A stretch of 64,000 bases of DNA from the human T2T-CHM13v2.0 reference genome, Homo sapiens (GCF_009914755.1 NC_060931.1), one strand, 5' to 3'. Positions 1-35,502 are shown, counted from the stretch's first letter. The notes: generated by a model from the letters alone, not told the origin. Made by a program: numbers and translations.

Positions 1-242
<242 letters not shown>

Positions 243-270
243 TTATGGGCTGTTAAGATGTGAGACTTCT

Positions 271-594
271 GGCCAGGCGCAGTGGCTCACGCCTGTAATG
301 CCAGCACTTTAGGAGACTGAGGCAGGCAGATCACCTGAGGTCAGGAGTTTGAGACCAGCCTGACCAACATGGAGAAACCCCGTCTATACTAAAAATACAA
401 CATTGACCAGGTTTGATGGTGCATGCCTAAATCCCAGCTACTCAGCAGGCTGAGGCAGGAGAATCACTTGAACCTGGGAGGCTGAGGTTGTGGTGAGTGA
501 GATCACGCCATTGCACTCCAGCCTGGGCAACAAGAGCGAAAATTTGTCTCAAAAAAAAAAAAAAAAAGAAAAAGAAAAGAAAAGAAAAAAGAAA
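271..594 (+). mobile_element. AluSp-like
   Basis: Full dimer with CTGACCAACATGGAGAAACC; TSD AAGATGTGAGACTTCT at 255-270 and 593-608. Confidence 0.95.
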
Positions 595-775
595 GATGTG
601 AGACTTCTAAACTAATCTTGTGATAAAGTTCACTAGGAAATATACACAATGAAGGCACTGTGTGGCCCAGATGGGAACATCAAGAGGGTGAGTACCACTG
701 GACTTAGAACAGAAACCACCACCTGGACTTGGGGACTGTTTTATTGGGTTTTGCAAACTATAAAACACATCATGC

Positions 776-1084
776 AGCTAGGCACAGCGGCTCACGCCTG
801 TAATCCCAGCACTTTGGGAGGCCAAGGTGGGTGGATCACTTGGGGTCAGGAGTTAGAGATCAGCCTCACCAATATGGTGAAGCCCCGTCTCTACTAAAAA
901 TACAAAAATTAGCCGGGTGTGGTGGCAGGCACCTGTAGTCCCAGCTACTCGGGAGGCTGAGACAGGAGAAGCGCTTGAACCCGGGAGGCGGAGGTTACAG
1001 TGAGCCGGGATCTCATGCCACTGCACTGCAGCCTGGGCAAGAGAGTGAGACTCTGTCTCAAAACAAACAAGCAAACAAAAAAAA
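776..1084 (+). mobile_element. AluS
   Basis: Full Alu dimer. Confidence 0.95.
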
Positions 1085-1333
1085 CTTACCATTCTTGGGA
1101 ACCAAAATGTTATGTCTTCCTGATGTTAGGGGGAAATAACACATCAGTCCCAAGTTTCTGGCAATGGAAGCAGGTGCCTTCTTCCTTAACAGATTTACAG
1201 TATTTAGTTCATGAGGTTTGCCAACTGGGTTTCACTTCCCATATGGGAGATGCATTCATGACTTTATAATTTCTACCATTATGTATTCGGCTCTGCAAGT
1301 ATGTCTGTTGGTTTTTATTGAAACTTGAAAATA

Positions 1334-1637
<304 letters not shown>

Positions 1638-2179
1638 GTAGTGCAGTTCTCAGCTCAGTGCTTGGCACATAGATGCCTGGGAGGTCTTGGCTGAACAAAA
1701 TACAAATGAGTATTGATGATCTGCTGTGCAGGCAGGGAGTCTGCTGGGGGCTGCAGTGTGCAGAATGAACTGGGCTTGAACCATGCCTGTGCAGAAGGTA
1801 GAATTTGAGGACTACAGTGAAAGCCATCCAGGTACAGCCAATCATGCCATAGGTGGACAAGTGGATGTGATCTCAAAAGGCCATTTGTTTTAGACTCTTC
1901 AAGTACATTTGCTGGTTTCATCTAAACTTGAAAATCCACAGTCTGTTATTCTGAGACTTCATGATGCTCAGAGATAAAGAAGGCAAATCAATAGGAAGGG
2001 ATGACTCAGGAGAAGGTGAGAATAGCAGCCCTTGTTTTGCTGAGAACTCCCTGCAGTCTCTTTCCTCCTGCATAGAAGAGCTGCAGAAGAGCTGGTCTGG
2101 CCTCTCTGTAAATCAGTCCAATGCCTTCCCAGAGACAGGCAACCAAGATCTCCTCCTTCAGCTCCTACTTCAGCTTAAA

Positions 2180-3314
<1,135 letters not shown>

Positions 3315-3496
3315 GTCAGTAAGATTTTGAAGTCCACAGTTAAAACAAGTTCTTCTTTTGGGGTTTCTCTCTTCTTTCAAACTTACTATGTGGTGTGCCA
3401 GTGGCTTCCTTTGCCCTGGTGGGTACTTGAGCAAGGGGAACCCATGAAGATCTCACTGTATTTTGTGACAAAAGAGGTCCCTGCTGATAACAGTAG

Positions 3497-4407
<911 letters not shown>

Positions 4408-4451
4408 AGAGCTTTAAGTTTTCTTGTTCTGAAAGGCAGATGTGAATTTAA

Positions 4452-4843
<392 letters not shown>

Positions 4844-5020
4844 CCTAGAGTTTTTCACTAGCTATTTCTTCTGCCTGGAATGTTCTCCTCCCTGCCCCCC
4901 TACCCCAACCCAGGTATTTCCTGTCATTTGGAGTTCAGTTTAGATGCAGCCTCATAGAGGCCTTTCCTGACCACTCAACCTGAAGTCGTATTTGAGGCCC
5001 TCTCTATCATACCATTCTAC

Positions 5021-5470
5021 TTTATTTTATTTTAATGTATTATTTTATTTTTTTTGAGACAGGGTCTTGCAATGTTGCTTAGGCTGGAGTGCAGTGGTGC
5101 AATCATAGCTCACTGCAACCTCGAACTCCTGGGCTCAAATGATTCTTTCACCTCAGCCTCCTGAGTAGCTGGGACTACAGGCATGCGCTACCATGCCTGG
5201 CTAATTTTTAAAAAAATTTTGGCTGTGCGTGGTGGCTCACACCTGTAATCTCAGCACTTTAGGAGGTCAAGGTGGGAGGGTCACTTGAACCCAGGAGTTA
5301 AAGATCTGCCGGGGCCACATAGTGAAACCTTGTCTATACTTAAAAAAATAGTTTTAGAGATAGGATCTTGCTATGTTGTCCAGGCTGGTCTCAAACTCCT
5401 GGCCTCAAGCTATCCTCCTGCCTCGGCCTCCCAAAGTGCTGAAATTATAGGCATGAGCCACCGCACCCAG
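5021..5470 (-). mobile_element. AluJ with a plus-strand Alu left monomer (~5221-5350) nested in its linker
   Basis: Both AluJ arms flank an inverted monomer. Confidence 0.85.
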
Positions 5471-5577
5471 CAGCATTCTATGTTAACTCTAATAGTGCTT
5501 AGCGCTAGCTATGGCACGTTGAATAAGGGATCCCCAAAGATGCCCAAGTCCGAATCCTCAGAACCTGTGAATGTTCA

Positions 5578-6267
<690 letters not shown>

Positions 6268-6518
6268 GTTCACCTTATATAGCAAAAAAAGTCTCTGATC
6301 ATTTTATACTTAACATGATTACGTGTTCACAAGTGATCACATGATCATTTTATACTTAACATTTTTAGGAACTGCTAACCTGTTTTTTCTCATTTTCTAT
6401 GTCTTGGAAGAGTTTATGAAGAATTAGTATTTACTTTATTTAAATGTTTGATGGAATTCACCAGTGACACCAGGTGGGCCTGAGCCTTGCTTTTGGGTTG
6501 TTTAAAAATTAGTAATGC

Positions 6519-6830
<312 letters not shown>

Positions 6831-7076
6831 TTACTGGATTAGATCTTTCAATTTCTTTTTCAGAATGTTACTTCCTTATAGCTTCTATTCCTGCATCTCT
6901 TTAATCACATACAATATTATTTTATAGTCTCTACCAGGATAGTTCTGTGTGCTTTTGTTTGCTTTGTTTTGTTTGGTTTGGTTTGGTTTTTATTCTTACT
7001 CAGCCATTGTTGCGTCTGCTGGTTCCCTATCACAGTGGAGTTTTTCCTTATTTGTTTCGGTAATTTTTTATTATGA

Positions 7077-7402
<326 letters not shown>

Positions 7403-7422
7403 AAGAACCATTTTTTCTATAA

Positions 7423-8280
<858 letters not shown>

Positions 8281-8794
8281 TAAACTTCTATCCACAGCCT
8301 TGATTCTGAAATCTCTTTCTCTAGGTGCAGGTTGGCTTCTGTGAGAAGAGGCTATTGATTTGCCTAAGGCTGAGATAACCTGAACATTCTTTACTCTTCC
8401 AAGGGCAGAAAGGGAGAGACGCTGATCTGTTGTCCTGAAAACTCCTTGAGGATTCGGCTTCTTGGGGAGATGGCCCAACCGGATTTGTGGAAGTTGATCT
8501 GCCTGGCTTACCTTCATTTTCCTTGTCTTGATTTTTTCTTTCTTTCTTTTTTTTTTTTTCCATAGGAAAACATTAGCAGAGAAAGTTCCAGACTTTCCTT
8601 TCCTAAGCAAATTTGTTTTATGTATTGACCAAACTCCAAATATTGACAACTGTTCCTAATGTCCTCTTAGTAAGACTTAAATCCTTGCAGGCATGCCCAG
8701 TATTTTTCCTTGATCAACAAATGCAGTCAGTTCTGGAACAATTTTCCCTTCACTTGGGGCTTTTTCTGAGAGGCAAGACTTGGAAGTACTGTTA

Positions 8795-9936
<1,142 letters not shown>

Positions 9937-10577
9937 TGACACAAGGTTGCCTCTGATGGTCCTTTTTGTCTGCATCCCACCTGACTACACACCTGTGGCT
10001 CTGTTCAGATGGCCAGGTACCACCTCACCACACTGGCCTCTTATTGACGTTTATAGCAACTTTATTTCCACAACAGCCCAGGACTTCTGCCACTTTTCAC
10101 TGTATTCATCATTGTGCCTCATCTCTGGCTTGGAATTTTCCCAAATCAATGAGTACTGTGAACAAGGAGAGAATGCAACCATTTCACGAAAAGGGGACGT
10201 ATTAGCCTTGTGGATCTTGGAATTCAGCATAAAACAAAAATTTCCATTAGACAAATGTACACAATGATAAATTATTAAGCAAAACCTTGAGTGGTAATTT
10301 ACGCATTTCTGTAACTATGTCCCCAGCATATTGACATTGACCAAGAAGTGCAGGAATGCTTAAGAATCAATGGAAATTTTGCTGAGTACGAAAGGCAGGC
10401 TTCGCCAATTAAGCCCATTGTGATGTCCCGTCAGTATCTGATCACTATAAAAGTTTTAGCATGAATTTGGCCATAATGTCAGGAAGTACTGTGGGCCCAG
10501 AAAAAGGAGTCGCAAATTCATGGTGGAAAGAGCTTTTCTATTTTAATACTCATCACTAAGACGCCCTCACCAACTAA

Positions 10578-11131
<554 letters not shown>

Positions 11132-11157
11132 TGAAATAGTGGAGGTTCTGGAAGGCT

Positions 11158-11230
11158 TTTCCTTCCTTCCTTCCTTCCTTCCTTCCTTCCTTCCTTCCTC
11201 TCTCTCTTTCTTTCTCTCTTTTTTTTTTTC
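11158..11230. repeat. (CCTT)n/(CT)n polypyrimidine tract
   Basis: Direct reading. Confidence 0.95.
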
Positions 11231-11284
11231 AGGAAGTCTTTGTTTTTTTTTGCCCTCCTCATAACTTCCTAGAAAGCACATGTG

Positions 11285-12249
<965 letters not shown>

Positions 12250-12939
12250 TCATCAAGTTGAGATTGGCCGAGTGGAGAGACACATCCTGAGCCTCTCACA
12301 GCATCTGTGAGCATGGAGTTTTCTGTTCCTTTCATCTAAAACATTCCCAAATGACCTATACTGTTCTTAAAACCTGGGAGAATTTGCCATTGTGTTGAAT
12401 TCAACATATACACACAGAACAAATCTTCAAGTGAAAAAAATTCAAATGGTGAGAAATGTTCTCCTGAGACTTTTCATACATTTAAATTTTTTCATTTTGG
12501 GGATGACCATATTTTGAGATAAAATGAAAGATCACGGGCTGCCAAATTCCAGTATGATTATGGAGACCAAAGGAGGGAAATGTTATTAAAATTGGGGTGC
12601 TCTTGAAAAACCTATTGTCTGTGAATTTATGTCCTTAGGCCACTTTCCAAAAGCACTTTCGTTTCAACGTAATCAAAGAACATCATTTTACACCCACTCT
12701 TCTAAGAAATAAATTTCAGAATCATTTTTCAAGGTTGGAAAATAGGAACCTTGTCTAGAGAAATCACTTTGCTTTTGAGTCACTGTTACTGCAAGACTTC
12801 CCACAAAATAACATTGACAATATCCTCAGAAATCCTTGAATAGTATTCATGCATTATTATCAGCTAAAATGATGATTATCTTTGGGCTTGCAATGGAGCA
12901 AATAATTCTTAGATCATTTCTCTTTTTCAAAAAATTCTT

Positions 12940-14025
<1,086 letters not shown>

Positions 14026-14788
14026 AGAAAGTCATTTAGATCTTATTTGGTTTTGAAACATTTGGATATTGACACTAACAGGTGAAATATGTGGGCGTGT
14101 GCATTTTCCCCTCAGCTCTGACTGCTGTTTGCTTGTTGAATAGACTCCTGAGTCTAGAATCAATGGATTCTTCCTCCTCATAGGCACAGCAGCTAGGACA
14201 AAGAGGTCATATTTTTGCCTGGAGATGTTTCCAGGCCCTGATAAGCCTGACATTGGCTACAACAGGAAACCCCCTTCCCAATTCTGAGCAGCTGGAGGCT
14301 GTGGCCTCGGTTCCTGAGGACTCCTTGAAACAGGACAGAAATGCAAAGACAGTGTCCTCATCCTGGTGGGAAAACAGTAGGTCTGGGGAATTCACTTCAT
14401 GTCTCAGTGATAACATCCCCTGTGACTTGGAGTAAGTCACATCACGGTCATGTCCCCAGCTCCCTCTGTCCTGGTCAATAGGAGTTGGAGGGAGCAGTGC
14501 TCCAGATGACCTTGTGGGAGTGGTGAGAGGCCACGGTTTTCCTTGGGGGCATTTCCCCAAAGATGTGGCTGCCACCTACCAGGTGTGACTTCAGGTGAGT
14601 CGGAGTAGCAGCCAGGGCTGCCTGAGTGGAGGTCGAGGGAAAGTCACTGCCTGCATCGGCTGTCCCCTCCTTCCCCTTCAAGGCTGCCTTTGATCTCTGC
14701 TGTCAACAGAAATTGCAGCTCATGCTGAAGTTTTCTGGCCTGGTCTTTCACCCCCCACATTCAGTCTGGTTGGTCAAGTCACGTGTAA

Positions 14789-15385
<597 letters not shown>

Positions 15386-15999
15386 TTGATTTATTTCTGC
15401 TGGCCCATTTCTCTGCCTCACAATGGTAGAGAAATGCCTGAGTCACAGATAGGCTAGGTGACCAGGGAAGCTTGGAAGAAACCCCACAGGCCACCCAAGC
15501 TCCCAGGCTACCATTTGGAGATCGTTGCTTCGGAGGAATCCCGGGTCAGGCTGCTGGAATCTGGACTCACACTTCCGAAACCTCAGTGTTCTGATCGATG
15601 CTTTACAAGCTGGCTTTGCCCACCTCTCCCATGGAACACCCTTCCTCCACTGGTCTTTTGAAATTATTGCTGTTGGTCTGATTTTGCTGCCTCTGCTACC
15701 AGACGGTAAGCAAACCCTGCTGTCACTTTCTTGCTGTGTGTCCTGGTAAGATGTTTCTCCACATTGAGCCTTTCCCCCTGCTTATTGGCAAAATGGGAAT
15801 GAGACACTGTGAGTTTTACCCACATGGTATAGACAGAGCCTGCAGGGTACTGGGTATGGGTCTGGGGATCTGAGATGTCCCTTCATCAGCAGCCTTTATA
15901 TCAGCAGCCACACCTCCTCTGTAGGGTTTCACCCTAGCTTAGCTCTCTGAGGACCAGGTCTCCCCTGGAGCCACGTCCTTGTCTGCCAGGGTGGGTTGA

Positions 16000-16130
16000 G
16001 GCATGACTCACTATGACCAGAGACTCACCCTTGAGTCACTTGGATCAGGCAGCCCAGGACGGATGTGACGTCATCAGCAAATACAAGCAGTCATAGACAC
16101 AGGGGCAGCTCTGTTTGTCTTGGAGATAAA
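16000..16130. promoter_or_regulatory. Candidate enhancer: AP-1 x2, CRE, FOX-like, GATA
   Basis: TGACTCA 16004-16010, TGAGTCA 16032-16038, TGACGTCA 16066-16073, TGTTTGT 16112-16118, AGATAA 16124-16129 in unique sequence. Confidence 0.5.
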
Positions 16131-16431
16131 CTCCACCACCCAGGCTGGGCTTTGTGGAAAAGGTGAAGGACACCAGGATCATAGGTATTAACTTCCTATG
16201 ATGACATGTTTGTGGAGGGACCGGAGAATCTCAGGGTGAGAAAATCGCTGGGGATTGTTCTGTAGCGGAGGAAGGTGTGTCCTTGGCTACTGTAGGGAAA
16301 GGTTGCCCTTACTTTGAGGTTGTGTTCTTATCTCCTCCATGTCTCTAACTTTTATAATCCAACCAGAGGATCTTCTAATAAATACTCTGCCTCCTATTAC
16401 TGTATGTCTCAGCTAAAAGACATATCCTACT

Positions 16432-16743
<312 letters not shown>

Positions 16744-16934
16744 CTACCCGGGGAAGGTAGGGGCGGCTTTTTAGCCCCGGAGAGCTCATTCAACCCCTAG
16801 CCCTGTGCCTGCCTCCCTCGCTGGATAGCAAACTGAAACCAGTCTCCCCCATGTAAACCCAGGGCCCCCATGGGGCCTGGATTTTGTCATTTTCTTCGGG
16901 GTCATGTAACTCTTGGTTATACAACAAGAGAGGT

Positions 16935-17893
<959 letters not shown>

Positions 17894-18160
17894 AGTGTGC
17901 TAAGTCAATTTCTCCCTCTCCACACCTGTCCAGTCTTATTCTTCCTGAGTGTGCTATATCAGAGTTGTGGATGGACGAAAGGAGAGGATCGTGACAGGCA
18001 GCAGCCCTGGAGTTCCACTCTCCCCTGCAGGGAAGGCTAAGGGGCCTGCCTTGCGCTACGGTTTCATAGAACTGGAGTCCGTCAAACCTTCCTGAGCCCT
18101 AGCGGTAGCCTGGGAGTCAGGAGGGGCAGGTGTGTGGGGAGCTGCGCTGACTGCCCACTG

Positions 18161-18179
18161 CGTCCACTAGATGGCGCGC
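18161..18179 (+). promoter_or_regulatory. Strong CTCF motif in a locally CpG-rich patch
   Basis: CGTCCACTAGATGGCGCGC; about 16 CpGs in 18051-18312. Confidence 0.75.
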
Positions 18180-18338
18180 TGGCTGCACAGGTAAGCGCGT
18201 CGCACCTTCCCTGAGTGGGTCCAGCTTTCGGGAATCACCTGCCGGTATAGCCAGCACCTGTTAGCTGATCCCCGCCCCAGGTCTGCTGCATAGACGAGGA
18301 GACTGAGGCACGAACAGGTGAAATGACTCAACTGTTAT

Positions 18339-18898
18339 CTTTTTTTTTTTTTTCTGAGACAGAGTCTCACCCTGTTTCCGAGGCTAGGGTACTGTAACGC
18401 AATCACAACTCACTACGGCCTCATCCTCCTGGGCTCAAGCAATCCTCCCACCTCGCCCTCTCGAGTAGGTGGGATCATAGGTGTGCATCATCATACCCAA
18501 CTAATTAAACACTTTTTTTTTTTCCAGACAGGATCTCTGTTGCTGGAGTGCAGGGGCACGATCTCGGCTCGCTGCAGCCTCCGCCTCCCGGTTCAAACGA
18601 TTCTCGTGCCTCAGTCTCTCAAGTACTGGGATTACAGGCGTGCACCACCAACCCCGGCGAATTTTTGTATTTTTAATAGAGATGGGGTTTCACCATGTTG
18701 GCCAGGATGGTCTTGAGCTCCTGGCCTCAACTGAGCCTCCCGCCATGGCCTCCCAAAGTGCTGAGACTGCAGGCATGAGCCACCACACCCAGCTAATTTT
18801 TGTATTTTTAGTAGAGACAAGGTTTCACCACGTTGGCCAGGCTGGTCTTGAACTTCTGGCCTCAAGTGATCCACTCATCTTGGCCTCCCAAAGTGGAT
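18339..18898 (-). mobile_element. Composite Alu cluster (old right arm, AluS, extra left arm)
   Basis: Concatenated Alu arms. Confidence 0.85.
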
Positions 18899-19056
18899 CA
18901 CTTGTTTCTGATCTGTTTTAGAGGTATCTTTGAGAGCCTGGTGAACGTTACAAGACCCCTTCTTAAAAATTTTTTTGAAATCAATTTCATGGGCTTCAAG
19001 AACACCACAGGAATAGATTAAGAACATGTCCTTCATGTTTGCAGTGTATATGTTTA

Positions 19057-19378
<322 letters not shown>

Positions 19379-19566
19379 GGAGTTTACATTAGCTCTTAAC
19401 TTTCAATTCCAGATGTGAATATAATAATGTAATCCATCCACTTACTAAAAAAAATATTTACTGAGCACCTCCTATGTGCTAGGCACTGTTCTAGGTGCTG
19501 GGGATACTTGCTTTTGTGTAGTTTACCTTTTAAAGGGGGAAGACAAGTGATAAAAATGGACAAACT

Positions 19567-20489
<923 letters not shown>

Positions 20490-20581
20490 ACAATAAGAAG
20501 ATCATAGAATTTTATAGATTGCTAGGAGATTAGAGCAATGGAGAAAAGAAAATGTTGAGCAGGATCAATGGTATTGCTGGG

Positions 20582-21533
<952 letters not shown>

Positions 21534-21543
21534 TGACATATGA

Positions 21544-22229
<686 letters not shown>

Positions 22230-22376
22230 TGAGTTTAAAATGTCTATTGGACCCCAAGTGGAGGCATGTGGGTGGCTGTTGGATGTATGAGTCTGGAGTC
22301 AGGAGAATATAAATTTGGGAGTTGTTGATGGAAAGATGGTATCAACAGTTTAATGTCTTAAAACACTCTTCTCTAT

Positions 22377-23240
<864 letters not shown>

Positions 23241-23246
23241 TGTTTA

Positions 23247-24197
<951 letters not shown>

Positions 24198-24210
24198 TTA
24201 TAAAGATAAA

Positions 24211-24516
<306 letters not shown>

Positions 24517-25184
24517 TGAAACTCAACTCTTAATCATTTGGGTCTGGAGAGCTTGTGTTTGTTTTATTTATCTTGACTTCTTACTTTTAACTCCTAGTTT
24601 TTGTTTTTTTAATTTTCATTTTATCATATGTATTCTCACTCTAAGTTGCCTCAGATCGACACAAAATGAGGCAGAATATAAAACAAAGAAATAAACATAA
24701 TTGAATAAAGTTGCTTTTTAATAACAACACAACTCATTTATAAGTAAAAAGATATTGAAAATTTGTCTCTAAAGTAATCTATTATGTGCAGAATCTTATA
24801 TTCCAGCTGACTTTCATTATAAAACAGAAAATGTATCCCTTCAGGAAAAACAATTCTAGTCCCAAAATGTTATAAAAATTACACTTTAAAATTGCAGCAT
24901 CTATGTAAATTCACATATTTTAAGGCAAATAAGTATGCTATTGTGAGTTATGAGAATAATATGCAAAAGAAGTCACAAAATACAAATGCAAAATAACTAG
25001 AATTGCTTTTATGTCTTCATGAAATGACTTAAAGCTTGCAGGAAAAGAACATGAGTTTTCCTAACAGGAGACACCACACTTTGAGTCTCCACGTTTACCT
25101 TTCCCTGGAATCCACTGAAGCAGCAATTCTCAGATCATGGGCAAACTCTTATCCTTTCCCTTTTTGACATCCCTGTAAGTCCCT

Positions 25185-25818
25185 GTTTTTGTTGTTGTTA
25201 TTATTTGTTTTTGAGATAGGGTCTTGCTCTGTTGCTCAAGCTGAAGTGTGTTGGTGCAATCATAAGTCACTGTAGCCTCAACCTCCTGGGCTCAAGGAAT
25301 CCTCCCTCCTCAGCCTCCTGAATAGCTGGGACTAGACAGAAGCCACCATGCCCAGGTAATTTTTTTATGTCTTTTGGAAGAAATGGGGTCTTGCTCTGTT
25401 GCCCAGGCTGGTCTCAAACTCCTGGCCTCAAGTAATCCTCCTGTCTCAGCCTCTCAGAGCTCTTAGATTACAGGTGTGAGCCACTGGGCTCAGCTCAGGC
25501 TCCTGTTTTGTTTTTGATTTTTTTTTTTTTTTTTTTTGAGACGGAGTCTCGCTCTGTCGCCCGGGCTGGAGTGCAGTGGCGTGATCTCGGCTCACTGCAA
25601 GCTCTGCCTATTGGGTTCATGCCATTCTCCTGCCTCAGCCTCCGGGTTAGGTGGGACTACAGGTGCCCGCCACCGTGACTGGCTAATTTTTTGTATTTTT
25701 AGTAGAGACGGGGTTTCACCATGTTAGCCAGGATGGTCTTGATCTCCTGACCTCGTGATCTGCCTGCCTCAGCCTCCCAAAGTGCTGGGATTATAGGTGT
25801 GAGCCACTGCGCCCAGCC
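25185..25818 (-). mobile_element. AluJ (~25185-25496) plus AluY (~25505-25818)
   Basis: TSD AGGCTCCTGTTTT around the AluY. Confidence 0.92.
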
Positions 25819-25933
25819 AGGCTCCTGTTTTTATAAGTCCATCAATATTGGTCTTTCCAATCAATTTCTTTTTTAAACTTAAATTTATTTAGAGGGGAAA
25901 CAGTTTAAATAATGTATAGTGTGTGTGAATTCA

Positions 25934-26467
<534 letters not shown>

Positions 26468-26509
26468 TCAATGAGTCAGCAGAGAGAAGAGGAAGACTCC
26501 CCCCAGTTA

Positions 26510-26959
<450 letters not shown>

Positions 26960-27041
26960 TCATCACAGTCACGTGGTCACCATTAGAGACTAGCTCACCC
27001 CAACTCTTTCTTGTTGTGATGTAGAAATGACAGGTTGGTTT

Positions 27042-28058
<1,017 letters not shown>

Positions 28059-28124
28059 TTCTAGAAGAAACCCTGTTGTTGCACAGTAAACAGAGGGTGA
28101 ACAGCAAGGAGACCTGAGATCTAG

Positions 28125-29700
<1,576 letters not shown>

Positions 29701-29709
29701 AATTTTTAA

Positions 29710-30097
<388 letters not shown>

Positions 30098-30454
30098 TAA
30101 GAAAACACTGAAGGGAAATTCTGAAGCTGAGACTCTACACTTACATCTGTTAATGAGATCTTTCCTCAATTAAATATTCTACAATTGGGGGTTGGTACAT
30201 TTCTCTGTCAAAGGCAACAGTTTTTAAGCCATTCATGTACACATGTTCCTGGGAAAAGTGACACTGTGGGAGATTGTTGGTTTTTTTTTTACCCCTGAAA
30301 ATGAACTTATTGGGGAATAGGTTCATGATCTCTCCACAGGTTCCAATAATGAGGGGAGACCTGGGTTCTGCACCTGGCCTTGTTGTCGTGGTTACTGTTG
30401 CTTTCAGGAGATGGCACCAGGTGTGTCTCGACTTGTACTTGCTTTAGCCAAATA

Positions 30455-30473
30455 TGGCCACCAGGAGGAGCAG
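30455..30473 (+). promoter_or_regulatory. CTCF-like motif
   Basis: TGGCCACCAGGAGGAGCAG, preceded by TTGCTTTAGCC at the spacing of the CTCF upstream module. Confidence 0.55.
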
Positions 30474-30545
30474 TCACCCCACAGTTGCCTGGAGCACCCA
30501 CACTCTTCAAACTCACGGCTTGAAATGTCACCTGTGGCCGTCTGA

Positions 30546-31199
<654 letters not shown>

Positions 31200-31867
31200 T
31201 GACTGGACCCTCCTCCTCACCCCCCATCCTGCCCCAGCTCCTCTGATGACATCATCGGCTCTGGAGCCGCCACTCAGTCTCGTGCAGGAGGGTCCGCTCC
31301 CTCTGACCACGCTGGTCCCTCAGGACCCCACTTCCCCCGGCACTGTCTGGTGCAGGGACTCTTTCTCCTTTTATACCCCATGTACCACAGAAGCTAAGGT
31401 AGGGTCCATATCCTCCATGCTTCCTGTGGTCACATCCAAGATATTTCTCTTCCAAAGGCAGCAGAGTCACCTGCTGACCCTCTCGGTGACTGCTGTCTGC
31501 TGGTCTTCCGCTTGTACCTCCTCATCCATTGAGGACCTGGTCTCCTGGTTGACCGTGTTCTCCATTCTTTTTGCCGTCTTGTGCCCGAGGGCGTCATCAC
31601 CCATGTGGACAGGCCAGGCTACTCCCAGTCTCTCTGGGCACCAGGACAGCTGCAGCTCCAGTGAGCTTTTCCAATGTGCCTCTCAGCTACCCCTCCCCGC
31701 GGTCACACCTGGGACCCTTCATCACCCGGAAAGGAGACTTCAGACAGCTCCCGGCTGACCTCTCCTTTCTCGTTCCAGAACTCTCTGCTTGGCCTCAACG
31801 CCTCACTGCCACTCTCTATATGGTCATTGCCTTCCTTAATCGTGGTTCATAATTAAAATCAACTCCT

Positions 31868-32176
31868 GCAGGGCGAGGTGGTTCACACCTGTAATTGCAG
31901 CACTTTGGGAGGCCGAGGCAGGTGGATCACTTGAGGTCAGGAGTTCGAGACCAGCCTGGCCAACATGGCAAAACCCCATCTCTACTGAAAATATAAAAAT
32001 TAGCCAGGTGTGGTGGCGGACGCCTGTAATCCCAGCTACTCGGGAATCTGAGGAGGGAGACTCGCTTGAATTTGGGAGGTTGGAGGTTGCAGTGAGCCGA
32101 GATCACACCACTGCACTCCAACCTGGGCCACAGAGGAAGACTCTGTCTCAAAACAAACAAACAAACAAAAAAAAAA
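31868..32176 (+). mobile_element. AluS
   Basis: Full Alu dimer. Confidence 0.92.
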
Positions 32177-32220
32177 CTCCTTTGTCTTTCTCCTGACATT
32201 GTTCCCCTCAGCAAGGGTGA

Positions 32221-33656
<1,436 letters not shown>

Positions 33657-33760
33657 TCCTTTGTGGTCTGCACCAAAGAGCTTCCCCAGAAGAGTGATCT
33701 ACTGGTAAACCCGTACCCGCTTCTCACTCCAAAAATGGCGACTTGTAGCATTCTGCTGAC

Positions 33761-34064
<304 letters not shown>

Positions 34065-34167
34065 TGAATTCTCCCATCGCACTGGCTCCAAGCCATCCAC
34101 ATGGTGTCACTGAATGGGCATCTGGGAAGAGATGCATGCAGTTGGCTTTTGGGGTATTGGTGGGCTA

Positions 34168-34600
<433 letters not shown>

Positions 34601-35167
34601 AAAGCTAGACTGGAGGAAAATGCTTAGAGAGAAAAAGCTGTATTCTCAGGCTCTCATGAGGAAAGTTGAGGTTTTCTCTCCTTTTTGTGTAGAAAAATCC
34701 ACTGGGATGTGGCATTCTCATTAGACTGTAGTTTAAACAGGACAGGCTTCCATTTGCAGGTGAGAACTTTCGTTTTCACAGCCAGGGCACAAATGTCAGA
34801 CCTTTTCATGGGATGAATCTGAAATTTGGAAAATCACTGTCATTTTTATACAAATGAAGCCCAGGTGGTTCTCTCTATAGAACTTTCTAGTTAAAAAAGA
34901 GGGCAAAAGTCTAATTTCTGAATAGGAATTCCCTGTTTCTTGCAGGTGAATTAATTGCTTTCTGTCTTGGGCTATTTACAGAATACTGATGACAAGCTGA
35001 GAGGAAGGAGGAAAAAAATCTCGTAAAAAAAGAGGAATTTTTAGTCACAAAAAGGAAATTATGCCTGCTAAGTGAGACAAGATGTGAATTGGCCTTAAAA
35101 AGGAGCAGACATGAATGTTAAGTGGCAGCTTTGTGCTGAAGGTGGGCAGGCAGCCTTGAGTGGCTGA

Positions 35168-35500
<333 letters not shown>

Positions 35501-35502
35501 CC

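Noticed and set aside
31246-31758. 170-aa Ser/Pro/Thr-rich non-Alu ORF
   Set aside because: Composition follows C-rich low-complexity DNA, possibly an L2 remnant; no motif, promoter or polyA support.
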